The notes under the pieces were generated by a model. It saw only the letters and a program-made list of their open reading frames with translations, had not been told where the DNA came from and did no database searches. From the IMG/VR virus record IMGVR_UViG_3300025018_000105: DNA of 55,106 bases; one strand, written 5' to 3'. Each line of letters opens with the position of its first letter. The stretch's first letter is position 1. Of this stretch, positions 20,027 to 30,757 are shown in pieces. The DNA is from a virus. A program made the position numbers and the translations under genes.

Positions 20027-21945
20027 ACGACATAACGCGCCAAAACCTCGACCCATTCTTCGGCCAAGCAGATGATAGCTACAAGCTAGGCGAGTGGGTG
20101 TGGGTGATCACGACTAACCACCGGGGCGAAAAAAGTCGCTGGCTGGGCTGTGTCATGCATGTCGGCTCGAACTACATTGAAGTCCAGAGCCCTCCTGAGG
20201 GCCGCCACGGCTCATATTCCTCGGCTCGGATTCATTTCAACAAGCTGCATGAATGTGTGAAGAAGGCTCCGGAAGCTGCGGAGTATATCCACCGCTGTCT
20301 GGTCAATTCACAAACCGAAGTCAACGAACTCTTGAGAGAGATCAATGATGTCACCAAGCGCTTGGGCGTCGTGCCTACTCAACGTATCGTCAATGCCAAC
20401 GAAGAGGGCGGTAGTGCCCTCGCAGTCTTGTCAGAACAGGTGGACACTGATGCCTACAAGAACGCCTTGATCGAGGCGAAAGATGAAAAGCTTCCGGAAC
20501 TCTTCAAGCGCGTTGAGGAGGCCAACAATCGAGTCGCCCAGTGGATGAAAGCGCCAATCCTTCCGATGCAGGCATCGATCAAGCCCATGAAGCAGTCAAT
20601 TGCGGCGATCGAGGATCGCGTATTCACCGTCGAGATTTATGCTGGCCTGACCGAAGATGCTGTCAAGGTCCGCGACGGCGATCCGGCACAGACATACGAG
20701 AAGCTGCGTGTCATGCAGCGCCGTCATTACATGGATGAAGAATGCCTCGTTGACTACCAGACGGGTGGGATGACGATCCAAGAGATCGATCAGTTCGACA
20801 AGTTCATCGCTCAGGATCACGTCATGGAGCGCCTGTTGCCGTTTCCGCGCTGCTGCATCGCTTTTCGAGTTCGTCGCACTCAGAAGGAACGCAGCGCTGA
20901 AAGCATCGCTGATGCCATGATCAACATCCAGCTTGCACAGGCTGACAAACTCACCTTTCTTTATGTCCGGAACGGCGACCAGCTATGGCGCATCGAAACC
21001 GTCATCGAGTTCGATGACAAGCTTTTCCCGGACGAGGAGGATTTTGATCCTAGTCGCGAGCAAATGATCGAGATTTTCACGAGAGTCAAAAGCGTCTTCC
21101 CCAAGGCCGAATACGACGGCCTGATGGAGGAATACGAACGCAAACTCACCGAGTGGGAAGCGGAAAAGGACCCCAATGACAAGAGCAATTGGATGGGTAA
21201 GCCTTCTATGCCCTCCAAATGCTCCGGGGCCCAACCATTCAATCCGACGAGCGTCTATTACGACGATGCCTGTGAGCTTGTGGGCGAAGCCATGAAGCGT
21301 TTCAATCGTATCGGTATTGTTCTGCAAGGCCTTTTTGATCGTAGCCTCGTGCTTCATCCTCATCAACCTGTGAAGGTATGGGACCCAGTGAGTTTCGAGG
21401 CCAGTGTGGCGTTGATCTACGACTCTATGACTTTGACTTACGGCGATCCACCTGACTTTAAGGCTTTCCGTGCCAAGCTGAACGCAAGTCTTGGACCGGA
21501 CTCGATCGTGACTGGGCAGGAAGCGTATTGGCTGCGCCGCGAAGCTGAACGGGAGAATGCTCGTGAAGATCGTTCATTCCGTCGCGGCGGTAACCGCACC
21601 TATTACAAGTCGTATCGTCCTTACGGCGATTCCGCCCCCGGTGTTGTATCAGCTATCGACAAATGGATGCCACGCGCTCGGAAGGCCAAGTTCTTTTGGA
21701 ACCGCGATAGCCGTGACTGGCGCTCGGACTATAGCAAACAAGTTAGCACCTCTATTACGGTTCCTGAAAGCGCGCTGTTGAACGTGTCGGCCTACAAGCC
21801 CGGCGACTACCGACAATTCTTTCTCGATCCACGCACGCGGGCCGAGTATTTCAAGTGGGCCCCGATGCTGTTGGCGGCTGAGGAATACCACGCAGGTAAT
21901 CTCAAACTGGGCGAACAAGGCCGGGGAGGAACACAATGGGACTGA
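20023..21945 (+). CDS. large hypothetical phage protein (640 aa)
   Basis: Long ORF, ATGA overlap; no motif recognised. Confidence 0.8.
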   Translation: MNDITRQNLDPFFGQADDSYKLGEWVWVITTNHRGEKSRWLGCVMHVGSNYIEVQSPPEGRHGSYSSARIHFNKLHECVKKAPEAAEYIHRCLVNSQTEVNELLREINDVTKRLGVVPTQRIVNANEEGGSALAVLSEQVDTDAYKNALIEAKDEKLPELFKRVEEANNRVAQWMKAPILPMQASIKPMKQSIAAIEDRVFTVEIYAGLTEDAVKVRDGDPAQTYEKLRVMQRRHYMDEECLVDYQTGGMTIQEIDQFDKFIAQDHVMERLLPFPRCCIAFRVRRTQKERSAESIADAMINIQLAQADKLTFLYVRNGDQLWRIETVIEFDDKLFPDEEDFDPSREQMIEIFTRVKSVFPKAEYDGLMEEYERKLTEWEAEKDPNDKSNWMGKPSMPSKCSGAQPFNPTSVYYDDACELVGEAMKRFNRIGIVLQGLFDRSLVLHPHQPVKVWDPVSFEASVALIYDSMTLTYGDPPDFKAFRAKLNASLGPDSIVTGQEAYWLRREAERENAREDRSFRRGGNRTYYKSYRPYGDSAPGVVSAIDKWMPRARKAKFFWNRDSRDWRSDYSKQVSTSITVPESALLNVSAYKPGDYRQFFLDPRTRAEYFKWAPMLLAAEEYHAGNLKLGEQGRGGTQWD

Positions 21946-22358
21946 TCGAAAACGCACCAATTCTTTACGTGCTCATGCGGGAGGATGTGCCGGACTACCA
22001 ACCGGGTAAGGCATTGGCACAAGCCAACCACGCGGGCACTACATTCTGCATCGATGCCGGTCAGGTCTTCGGCCTCAACATAAACCACTTTCTCGTCGAA
22101 CCCTTCCGCGAATGGGTGCAGGAAGCCAACGGCTTTGGCACCTGTATCGTGCTTGGTTGTGACTACGCCGAGATGATCCGACGTGTCGAAATCGCCCGTT
22201 CCCACAACCTGATCGCTGGGGTAATTCACGACCCGACCTATCCAATCCGGGACGGGCACAAAACACATACGCTTCCGATCGACACCTGTGCCTACATCTT
22301 CGGCGGCCGTATCGATTGTGGGACGGCCACTGAGGGCTTGCGACTTTTCAAGGGTTGA
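21936..22358 (+). CDS. peptidyl-tRNA hydrolase 2 (Pth2)-like protein
   Basis: YVLMRED..PGKALAQANHA..W..CIVL pattern. Confidence 0.7.
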   Translation: MGLIENAPILYVLMREDVPDYQPGKALAQANHAGTTFCIDAGQVFGLNINHFLVEPFREWVQEANGFGTCIVLGCDYAEMIRRVEIARSHNLIAGVIHDPTYPIRDGHKTHTLPIDTCAYIFGGRIDCGTATEGLRLFKG

Positions 22359-22416
22359 CACACCGGAAAAATTGTCCTAATCAACGAATTACCGAAACAA
22401 AGAAGGAGACGGACAA

Positions 22417-22776
22417 ATGGCTCAGAAATTGATCTTGAAGAAGCAGATGGACAAACTGCGTGACAACGGTCTCAAGAGCGACCGCACCGGCGACGGCTCC
22501 AACCACTACCCGGTAGTCAAGTTCTTCAACCCGGACGCGGCCGCGACGTGGCTGATCAGCGAGATCGGCCCTGACGGCGATGCCATGTTCGGTTTGTGCG
22601 ATCTGGGCCACGGCACCCCGGAACTCGGCTATATCAGCCTCACCGAACTCGAAAGCGTTCGCGGACCGCTCGGGTTCAAGGTCGAGCGTGACATTCATTT
22701 TGAAGCGTCCGGCACCATGAAGCAGTATACCGACGCGGCTCGTCGCGAAGGCCGCATCGTGGAGAAGCTGGTATGA
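22417..22776 (+). CDS. DUF2958 family protein
   Basis: PVVKFFNPDAAATWL, FGLCDLGHGTPELGY, VERDIHF. Confidence 0.85.
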   Translation: MAQKLILKKQMDKLRDNGLKSDRTGDGSNHYPVVKFFNPDAAATWLISEIGPDGDAMFGLCDLGHGTPELGYISLTELESVRGPLGFKVERDIHFEASGTMKQYTDAARREGRIVEKLV

Positions 22777-23108
22777 TCGGAAACAACAGGATTATCAAAG
22801 TCTACGTTGTCCGCCTCACGATCGATGAATACGGCCGCACGCCGGGCATCATCGGCGTAACCCTCTTAGAGGAGGAAGCGAAGCGTATGGCCAAGAACAA
22901 GGGTTGGTTTGGTAGCGATGCAAGCATTGCTCAACAGCACGCGGTCTTTCTCAACAAGCGCGAAGGCAAAGCTGTGCTCTTGCTGGAAAGCCCGACTGAG
23001 TATCCGCTGAGCGTTGACATTCCCGAGGTGCAGCAGGAGAAACGCCGAGAAGCTTTGGCAAACCTTACTCCGGAAGAAATCGAATTGCTGGGCATCAAGG
23101 AAAAGTGA
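22773..23108 (+). CDS. hypothetical protein
   Basis: ALANLTPEEIELLG C-terminus. Confidence 0.7.
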   Translation: MIGNNRIIKVYVVRLTIDEYGRTPGIIGVTLLEEEAKRMAKNKGWFGSDASIAQQHAVFLNKREGKAVLLLESPTEYPLSVDIPEVQQEKRREALANLTPEEIELLGIKEK

Positions 23109-23323
23109 AAATGCAGGACAATCATGTCTACATCGAAGACGATGGTAAGGGCCTTATCACGGTCTACGATGACAGTGGCCGCATCGCGCCGGAACGAAAG
23201 TTTCGCTATGCTAGTCGATCCACCCGAGGTGAGACACGCCAACGCGCCGAGGACATCGCTGCATCACTCGCCAACAAGCTCGGCTGCGGCTGGGGTTGCA
23301 ACTACCGGGAACCTTCGCAATGA
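23105..23323 (+). CDS. hypothetical protein
   Basis: Coupled ORF. Confidence 0.6.
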   Translation: MKMQDNHVYIEDDGKGLITVYDDSGRIAPERKFRYASRSTRGETRQRAEDIAASLANKLGCGWGCNYREPSQ

Positions 23324-23499
23324 GCTTTTCCGTTACGCACGTCACCACGTTCGGCGCAACTACGGTGACCTATCTCGAAGAGACCGAGGCGCGCTCTCAC
23401 TATGCACTCATGCGGGCTACCCCCACCACGGCATATTGCCAGATCGTTGCCTATGGCAAGATCATCAAGCAGTTCAGCCGCAAACACATAAAGGACTGA
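23320..23499 (+). CDS. hypothetical protein
   Basis: ATGA overlap. Confidence 0.55.
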   Translation: MSFSVTHVTTFGATTVTYLEETEARSHYALMRATPTTAYCQIVAYGKIIKQFSRKHIKD

Positions 23500-23500
23500 T

Positions 23501-23905
23501 ATGAACGCTGCACTAGGATACATACCTCTGAACGACAAGGAAGCCGAGGCCTTGATGTGGGGACTGGCTCAAGTCGGGGACAACATCGACCGCGAAGTCG
23601 AAGACCGGACCGATCCGCTCTTTGATCTTCTGGCCATGGGATACGCCCGTCCGGCAATTTCCAAGGCGGTCGAGGGGTTGTGGGAAGTAGCTTACGGCCA
23701 CAAGCTGGAAGGCGGATGGACCGAACTGGAGGCAGCGATCCTGCAAGCGTGTGTCGAGAAGACCACGTGGATTAACACCTACCGTAACTTCGCGCCTACC
23801 AAGGATAGCCCGCCTCACATCGCCGAGGCGTTGGGGGCGCTCCGCACCCTCGCTGCCAAGCTGGACGAGCTTGGTATCGAGATCAACTTCATCGCGTTTG
23901 ATTGA
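23501..23905 (+). CDS. hypothetical protein
   Basis: AAGGA RBS. Confidence 0.7.
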   Translation: MNAALGYIPLNDKEAEALMWGLAQVGDNIDREVEDRTDPLFDLLAMGYARPAISKAVEGLWEVAYGHKLEGGWTELEAAILQACVEKTTWINTYRNFAPTKDSPPHIAEALGALRTLAAKLDELGIEINFIAFD

Positions 23906-23907
23906 CT

Positions 23908-24195
23908 ATGCTGGAACAAGACACAGTTGAGGCAGGACTCCTCGCGTGGGAGGCAGGATCACCTTATGATAAATTTCAATACCGGGACTGGTAGGAAGGT
24001 TGGTTTATTGGCCACCACGGTGATTTTTGGATGCGCCTAGCCGAAGCAATGAACGCTAAGTGTATTGGGTTCAGCTACGAAAATCGTGCCTCTTTCCTGT
24101 TCGCAGATAGGAGCACGGCGGAGATTTCTGGTGGACTTATCACTGAATTAAAGCGGCTTACTGGTATTACACCTCGACCAAGGAAGGAAAGTTAA
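23908..24195 (+). pseudogene. small gene with in-frame TAG at 23992-23994
   Basis: RDW*EGW; frame stays open to a TAA overlapping the next ATG. Confidence 0.55.
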
Positions 24196-25253
24196 TGTTC
24201 GACATCGCAGTTTTCGCAATGCGGGCTCGCCCATTCGGGCCTCAGCACTTGCACAACATCAACGAGGCGATGAAAGTCGCCCAGTATGTGTTCGTCATGA
24301 TCGGCTCGGCCAATGAGCCCATCAACTTTCGCAATCCATTTACGGCCGATGAGGTCAAGCAGATGGTTCGCGGCTCGCTCTCGGCGCTCGAAAACGATCG
24401 CGTCTACCTGTTCTCATTGGAAGATCAAGATTCCGATCTCAAGTGGGTGGCCGAGGTCCAGCGTCAGGTCAGTGGTGGCGCAAAACTGCTCTCACTCACC
24501 GACCCGAAAATTACCCTTGTGGGTCACTCGAAAGACCAGTCCGGATATTACCTCCGGCTGTTCCCACAGTGGGATCGCACGAACACGGCGGACTGGCGTG
24601 ACGGCTACTCTTCGACCGGTATCCGCAACACCCTCTACAAGCAGCCCAGCATCAAAACGCTCGAAGCGATGAAGCTGCCGAAGGGCAGTGAAGTGTTCTT
24701 GCGCCAGTGGTTGGTGTCCGATGCGTTCTGCCGAATGCAGGCTGAGTTCTTCTTCCACAATGAAGAGGCTGCCAAGTTCCCGCCGCACCCCTATCATGGC
24801 GAGGGCGCTGCGTTCCACCTGACCGCTGATATGTGCATGTTCCAAGCAGGTGGTGTCATTCTCGTGCGGCGCGGCTTCATGCCCGGTAAAGGGCTGTGGG
24901 CTCTTCCGGGCGGTCACATCAATTTCGAGGAACGCTTCGAGGCGGCCGCTATCCGTGAGCTTATCGAGGAAACGTCAATCCTCAAACTGAACGCCGATCT
25001 TACCGCCGACGATCTCAAACTGGCTGTGCGTGGTAGCAAGCTGCTCGACAACCCGTGGCGTTCGACTCGTATGCGGACGGTGGGCATGGCCTACGGCGGC
25101 ATTCTGCCGGGCACGCGGCGCTTGTTGGTGCGCGGTGCTGACGACGCGGCCGAAGCACGGTTTTGGAACATCGACGAGATCACTCGCGACATGATGTTCG
25201 AAGATCACTACCTCATCATCCAGCATTTCGCTGACACCCTCAACATCCAGTAA
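24195..25253 (+). CDS. nadM: bifunctional NMN adenylyltransferase / Nudix ADP-ribose pyrophosphatase
   Basis: IGSA, RNPF, LVGHSKD..YYLRLFPQW; Nudix box GGHINFEE..AAIRELIEET. Confidence 0.9.
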   Translation: MFDIAVFAMRARPFGPQHLHNINEAMKVAQYVFVMIGSANEPINFRNPFTADEVKQMVRGSLSALENDRVYLFSLEDQDSDLKWVAEVQRQVSGGAKLLSLTDPKITLVGHSKDQSGYYLRLFPQWDRTNTADWRDGYSSTGIRNTLYKQPSIKTLEAMKLPKGSEVFLRQWLVSDAFCRMQAEFFFHNEEAAKFPPHPYHGEGAAFHLTADMCMFQAGGVILVRRGFMPGKGLWALPGGHINFEERFEAAAIRELIEETSILKLNADLTADDLKLAVRGSKLLDNPWRSTRMRTVGMAYGGILPGTRRLLVRGADDAAEARFWNIDEITRDMMFEDHYLIIQHFADTLNIQ

Positions 25254-25264
25254 GGAGGCCAATC

Positions 25265-26749
25265 ATGTTCCCAGCCAAAAATGTGGGTGATTTGCTCACT
25301 CAACCCATCCTGAACGCTGACACCTACAAGGCCACGCACTGGACGTTCGAACACCCTGAGTTCGAGAACAGCTACGGCTACATCGAAGCGCGGCGTGGCG
25401 GCGAGTTCACCTATGTGCAATTCCTCGGCCTGCAATACGCTCTGCGTTACTTCCTGATGCAGCAAGTCACGCCTGCCATGATCGACGAGGCCGAAGCGGA
25501 ATTGACCGCCCACGGCATCCCGTTCAATCGCAAGGCGTGGGAGCGTGTGGTTGAGGTCCACAACGGTTTCATCCCTGTCCGCGTCCACGCGCTTCCGGAA
25601 GGCGTTGTCGTCGGCCAAGGCTGTGTGCTTGTGACCGTAGAATCCACCGATCCTGAATTGGCAGGTATGGCGGCTTATGTCGAGACCATGTTGCTGCGTG
25701 CCGTCCACTACCCGACCACGATCGCGACCCGCTCGCTTCGCTGGTGGAAGATGATGAACTCCTACTATACCGAGACCGGCGAGGCACCGGCCGACTTCGC
25801 GCTGGTCGATTTCGGCGCTCGCGGCGCTCACTCGACCGAGGCTGCGGCGCTGGGTGGTATGGCGCACCTCGTCAACTTCCAAGTGACCGACAACCTGATG
25901 GGCATTCGCTTCGCTAAGCACGCTTACCCGACCGACTCCATGCCCGGTTTCTCGATCCCGGCGACCGAACACTCGGTCACCACGTCATGGGGCCGGGACA
26001 ATGAGAAGGCTTTCTTCGAACACATCTTGGCGACCCACGGCGACAAAGCAATGCCGGATGGCTCGCGGTATCCTGTCTCGGTCGTCATCGACACCTACGA
26101 TCAGGACGAAGCGATCCGGATGTGGCTGACGCCTGAAAGCGAAGGCGGCTTGCTTGATCGTCTCAGGGAATCGAACATGCGTGTCGTTCTTCGCCCCGAC
26201 TCCGGCGACCCCATCATCAACGTCATCCACGTGCTTGATCTGGCGGGCTCCCTCATTGGCACCAAGACCAACGACAAGGGCTACCGTGTCCTGCCTGATT
26301 ACGTCCGGGTGATCCAAGGCGATGGCATCAACGAAGAATCGCTGCGCCGGATCATGGCACGGGCGGCCTATCACAAGTGGTCGATGGACAATCTCGTCTT
26401 CGGATCGGGAGGGGGGCTGCTTGTCCACCAAGCCGAACGCGACACGCACCGCTTTGCCATGAAAACCAGCGAGGTCGTCGTCGGCGGCGAACGTGCTGCG
26501 GTGCAGAAGGTCGTCGCGACCGATCCGACCAAGGCATCCAAGGCAGGCCGGTTCAAGGTGGTTCAGCCCAAGGCAGGTAGTCCGCTGATTACCTATGCTT
26601 ATCAGCCCGATTCCGACATCGACCCGTGGAGCGACCACCGGGATTGGCTTGCCCTCGTTTACGAAGATGGTCAGCTTTACAACCAGCAGTCGTGGGAATC
26701 GGTTCGCGAGCATTCGACCGCTTTTCGTGACCTGTTTGAGGGAAAGTAA
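25265..26749 (+). CDS. nadV: nicotinamide phosphoribosyltransferase (NAMPT)
   Basis: DTYKATH, DFGARG, SIPATEHS, RPDSGDP, IQGDG, FGSGG, RDT..FAMK. Confidence 0.93.
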   Translation: MFPAKNVGDLLTQPILNADTYKATHWTFEHPEFENSYGYIEARRGGEFTYVQFLGLQYALRYFLMQQVTPAMIDEAEAELTAHGIPFNRKAWERVVEVHNGFIPVRVHALPEGVVVGQGCVLVTVESTDPELAGMAAYVETMLLRAVHYPTTIATRSLRWWKMMNSYYTETGEAPADFALVDFGARGAHSTEAAALGGMAHLVNFQVTDNLMGIRFAKHAYPTDSMPGFSIPATEHSVTTSWGRDNEKAFFEHILATHGDKAMPDGSRYPVSVVIDTYDQDEAIRMWLTPESEGGLLDRLRESNMRVVLRPDSGDPIINVIHVLDLAGSLIGTKTNDKGYRVLPDYVRVIQGDGINEESLRRIMARAAYHKWSMDNLVFGSGGGLLVHQAERDTHRFAMKTSEVVVGGERAAVQKVVATDPTKASKAGRFKVVQPKAGSPLITYAYQPDSDIDPWSDHRDWLALVYEDGQLYNQQSWESVREHSTAFRDLFEGK

Positions 26750-27484
26750 ATGGGCAAGACCTCACGCGAACTGGAAGCCAAGTTGGCAAAAATGATCTTC
26801 GGCCACGGTGCGCTAATCACGCACCGTGGCATAGATGGGGCTGGTCATAATGTCATCAAATACCAGATGGGCGATGAACAGCGAAGCATCCATTATGCCC
26901 TGACACCACGTCAGGGAGGGCGAAGTGCCAAGAATACTATCACTCGATTGCGGCGCGATCTACGTGAATTGATCAAGATCGTTCCTCCAGATCAACGTCA
27001 CCACGAAAAGCCGAAAGCTAAGCCGGAACTCGTAGAACCTGAGCATGTCCCGACTCCGCCCAAGAAGTGCATCACAGCGGAGCGAAGGAAAGAAATGCTC
27101 AAGGCGTATCTTTCCATGGAGTCTATCGAGGAGTTCATGCAAACATACGATCTTTCGCTGAGTGCCGCCCAAACCATGATTCAAGGGCAAAAGGGCCACG
27201 CAACAGAAAAGTATCGCAAGGAATGCGCCCGCGCCCGCATGAGCGAACCCTACCAGCACGAAGCTCCGATGCGTGTTACAGAGCCAGCGCCCGAAGCAAG
27301 TGAAGAGACCCAACGTAAGACCTATCCTTCAAAGGGTATGTCACACGAACAAGTGCGGGCCCGTAATAGAAAGATTCAAGTATATTGCTACTACGGATTG
27401 AGCCGCGTAGAAGTAGCAAATATGTTTGGTCTCTCGCTTTCTCGCGTTCATCAAATATGTCAGGAGGAAATTCATGTGGGCTGA
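26750..27484 (+). CDS. putative DNA-binding protein (C-terminal HTH)
   Basis: RNRKI..GLSRVEVANMFGLSLSRVHQI. Confidence 0.65.
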   Translation: MGKTSRELEAKLAKMIFGHGALITHRGIDGAGHNVIKYQMGDEQRSIHYALTPRQGGRSAKNTITRLRRDLRELIKIVPPDQRHHEKPKAKPELVEPEHVPTPPKKCITAERRKEMLKAYLSMESIEEFMQTYDLSLSAAQTMIQGQKGHATEKYRKECARARMSEPYQHEAPMRVTEPAPEASEETQRKTYPSKGMSHEQVRARNRKIQVYCYYGLSRVEVANMFGLSLSRVHQICQEEIHVG

Positions 27485-28352
27485 TAAGCTTCCAGAACAT
27501 TTCGTGAAGGATGACTTCTATCATTCGCTCAAGGCGCTGTTTGACGGCACGCGGATGATGCAAATCCACAACGACGTGATCGAACACGCGGTGGACCTTG
27601 CAGCACGCGACGGCGACCGGCTGGCCAAAATAGCCCGCTTCGTGGTCTGGCCTGATTACGACACGTGGATGGAGTTCAAGCTGGCAGGCGTCCAGATGGG
27701 CATCTATTACCACGGCGAAGAAGGACGCAGCGTCACTCGCGGCATCGGCATGATCATCGCCCAGTTCCCCGGCGAAGTGAACCCGCACTTGGTTCCATTT
27801 AAGATTAGCTTGCCGGACTACAGCATGGAGTTCATCGATCTCCAGCAATACGCAGCCATCAAGGCTGATCGAATAGGTGTGGATGAACGCACTCGCAAGA
27901 TGTTCAATCTGGACCACCCTACGACGGAGGCGATCGGCGACCCCATTCTCGCAAAGATGCGGACCAATGACTTCCTGTCCCAGATGAAGAAGGTCCTGTT
28001 CACGCTTCTGGCGTTCCTGAACTCGCCGAAGCTGATCCGCAAGGATCACCACGACATGAAGAAGCTGAACGCGCGCCGCTTGAAGCGTGGCAAGTATCTC
28101 TACCACCCACACCACGAAGTCCGGCTCAACATCGACAAGCATGTGCTAAAAGTGCAGGAAGGGCAGGGAGACGGCCCTGAGCGGTGTCTGCACTTTGTCC
28201 GGGCCCATTTGCGGTATTTGGTCCACCCGCGCTACAAGAACGTCTCTGTCGTCCTTGTGCCACCCCACACACGGGGCAACCCGGAGCTTGGGATCACGGA
28301 TGCCAGCTACGCCATGGAACGCACCGGATCGAGGTGGAAGGAAGACGCATGA
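27474..28352 (+). CDS. conserved phage hypothetical protein
   Basis: LHFVRAHLR...PHTRG C-terminal motif. Confidence 0.75.
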   Translation: MWADKLPEHFVKDDFYHSLKALFDGTRMMQIHNDVIEHAVDLAARDGDRLAKIARFVVWPDYDTWMEFKLAGVQMGIYYHGEEGRSVTRGIGMIIAQFPGEVNPHLVPFKISLPDYSMEFIDLQQYAAIKADRIGVDERTRKMFNLDHPTTEAIGDPILAKMRTNDFLSQMKKVLFTLLAFLNSPKLIRKDHHDMKKLNARRLKRGKYLYHPHHEVRLNIDKHVLKVQEGQGDGPERCLHFVRAHLRYLVHPRYKNVSVVLVPPHTRGNPELGITDASYAMERTGSRWKEDA

Positions 28353-28455
28353 GTCGGCTTCGCCGACTCATGGAAAATTACCTGACTAATTATGTTGACT
28401 TAGGATAGCGAATCGCCTACTCCGTTCGTGTAATAACGAATCAGGAGACAGACAG

Positions 28456-29400
28456 ATGTGCGAGAAATATGACTTTGACGACGACATTGCAGACATCTTC
28501 GGGTCGTCCCAGCCTACCAACAGCGAGCGCGCCGATAAAGTGCTCGACTACCTGTCGCGCCACAAGGGTTCCGATCAGGTTTCGCGCGCCCCTGTGCAGG
28601 AGGAATACAAGGAAGAGTGCCCGAAGTGTAACGGCTCCGGCCGCTTCAAAAGCTACACCGGCCGTGTCGTTGGTGAGTGCTTCAAGTGCAAGGGCACCGG
28701 CTTCCTGACGTTCAAAACGTCGCCGGAATCCCGCGCCAAGAGCGCCGAGCAGCGGGAGGCTGTCAAGCTGCGTCGCCAAAAGGAGCTTGCCGTCAAGCTG
28801 TCGGCTTGGGTGGAGGAGCACACCGATGAATGGCGGTGGCTGGTCAAGAAGGCCCCGACTTTTGACTTCGCCAAGTCGCTGTTTGACTCGCTGTGTCAGC
28901 GCGGATCGCTATCGGAAAAGCAGCTTGTCGCCGTCCGGCGCTGTCTGGCACAAGACCTCCAGCGCGAGAAAGAGCGCGAGGAGATCACCAACCGCGCTCC
29001 GGACATCAACGCCGAAGCGCTCGACAAGATCATGCTGGCCTTCCATAATGCCCTCGATCAGTCGATCAAGTATCCGAAGCTGCGTCTCGACGCTTATCTC
29101 TTTTCGATGGTGCGTTCGGGGCGCAACGCTGGCTCGATCTACATCAAATCGATCGAGAAAGACGACATGGGTGAGCGCCAGTATTATGGCAAGATCACCG
29201 ATGGTCGGTTTTTCCGTGCCTTCAAATGCACGGACGAAGACGAGAAGCGGATCATCGAAGCCGCTTCGGACCCGGAGGCGGCCGCGATCGCCTTCGGACG
29301 CCGTGAAGGCAAATGTTCGGTGTGCAGCCGCACGCTGACCAAACACGTCTCGATCGAACGCGGGATCGGCCCCATCTGCGCTGAGCGCTTTGGGTGGTAA
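28456..29400 (+). CDS. Zn-finger protein (DnaJ-type CxxCxGxG plus DUF6011-like C-terminus)
   Basis: CPKCNGSG, CFKCKGTG, CSVCSRTLT..SIERGIGPIC. Confidence 0.8.
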   Translation: MCEKYDFDDDIADIFGSSQPTNSERADKVLDYLSRHKGSDQVSRAPVQEEYKEECPKCNGSGRFKSYTGRVVGECFKCKGTGFLTFKTSPESRAKSAEQREAVKLRRQKELAVKLSAWVEEHTDEWRWLVKKAPTFDFAKSLFDSLCQRGSLSEKQLVAVRRCLAQDLQREKEREEITNRAPDINAEALDKIMLAFHNALDQSIKYPKLRLDAYLFSMVRSGRNAGSIYIKSIEKDDMGERQYYGKITDGRFFRAFKCTDEDEKRIIEAASDPEAAAIAFGRREGKCSVCSRTLTKHVSIERGIGPICAERFGW

Positions 29401-29414
29401 TCAAGGAGGAAATC

Positions 29415-29672
29415 ATGAAGAATATCAATATCGCCATCGCACTGACTCTCGCCACGCTGGCGGTCCCAGTCTCCGCCGAGCCGGACCGTGAAGATCGCCG
29501 CGACCGGACCGAGCAGCGTGATCGAGCCGACAAGCGCGAACGCACCCGGACGCCCTACAGCAACCGGTCCCAGTTCGAACGTCGCCAGATTCGCGACGCG
29601 ATCCGGGAAGCCGACCGCCCGCGCCGTGGAACCTACCGTTTCCGCCGCGCTCGGGAGCGCGATCCGGGCTGA
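29415..29672 (+). CDS. secreted Arg/Glu-rich small protein
   Basis: Sec-type signal peptide ending VSA; AGGAGG RBS. Confidence 0.65.
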   Translation: MKNINIAIALTLATLAVPVSAEPDREDRRDRTEQRDRADKRERTRTPYSNRSQFERRQIRDAIREADRPRRGTYRFRRARERDPG

Positions 29673-29751
29673 GTTCAAAACTCCGGACTTGACTAACCGG
29701 AAGATTTGTCCTATACACTCCTTGTCAGCAACGACAAGAAGGAGACGAATC

Positions 29752-30360
29752 ATGAAAGCATACGGACCGAAAAGGGACAAGAGCCTGTGGGACCGGCTGG
29801 TGAACGAGAAGTTCGAAGGCCGGGCCCCGGTGCTCTCTCCCGAAGCGTCGGTTGAAGCGGCCCTGCGGCTCTACCGCAAGTTCATGGGACGTTAGTTTAC
29901 CGGATCGGTGAAGCTGGGTTCCGGTAATCGACGGACTTGGATACGTCAAGGCGTGCTCACGGTCAACCCGAACGATCGTGTCTTCAAAGGCCATGGTGGG
30001 CTGCGTGAGATCATCCATTCGATGAGTCACTTTGTCCACATGCGGCTGCATCCGGAGGATGCGCCGCACTCTAAACGTCAAGCCTCCATAGAAGGCCGTA
30101 TGGTCACTTATGCGATCCAGCGCGGCTGGTTGGAGCCCGATCACCTAAAGCCCACTCAGAAGACGCTGGCGCGGTTGGCCAAGCCAAAGAAGGCCAAGCT
30201 CAAAAGGAAGCCCGATCGCCACCTTTGGCCAAGGATGGGTGCTACAGCGAGTAGTCGAACAGCATTGACCCCGAGGGCAATTTTTGATAAGCCCTCGGGT
30301 CACTCATTAAGGAGCTATCATGGACGCGATCGATATTGGACCTCACCCCGAGGCTCCTGA
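29752..30360 (+). pseudogene. gene with in-frame TAG at 29893-29895
   Basis: Promoter at 29689, AAGGAG RBS; KFMGR*FTGSVKL stays in frame. Confidence 0.55.
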
Positions 30361-30649
30361 CTACTACCTCAAGATGGGCAAGCCCGAAAGCTGGTCCGAC
30401 GAAGATTGTAAGGTGCTGGGTGTCCGGCGCATGGCCGCTACCGGAGACATGCTGTGTGAACCGGCCGCGCGGATCAACCGGCACATCATGCCCTCAGGTG
30501 AGGAGGCTTATCCGGTTTTTGTATCGGAGTGGATGCCGACGGCGGAAGAGCTTGCGCGCCTGAACGCCGGTCAGCCAATCCGGCTCATGGTATCGGGCAC
30601 GTCCCTACCGCCCGTGGCGATGTGGGTGCGTAACGAGGAAGAGGTCTAA
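30320..30649 (+). CDS. conserved phage hypothetical protein
   Basis: SEWMPTAEELARLNAG..PPV motif. Confidence 0.8.
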   Translation: MDAIDIGPHPEAPDYYLKMGKPESWSDEDCKVLGVRRMAATGDMLCEPAARINRHIMPSGEEAYPVFVSEWMPTAEELARLNAGQPIRLMVSGTSLPPVAMWVRNEEEV

Positions 30650-30757
30650 ACGACATCGCCCCGGACCAGACGAACTGATCCGGGGCGAATGCCACCGAAA
30701 CAAAAGGGCGGAGACCCCTTGGCTTCACGAGCGTAATGCGCTCATTTACAACAGAAG

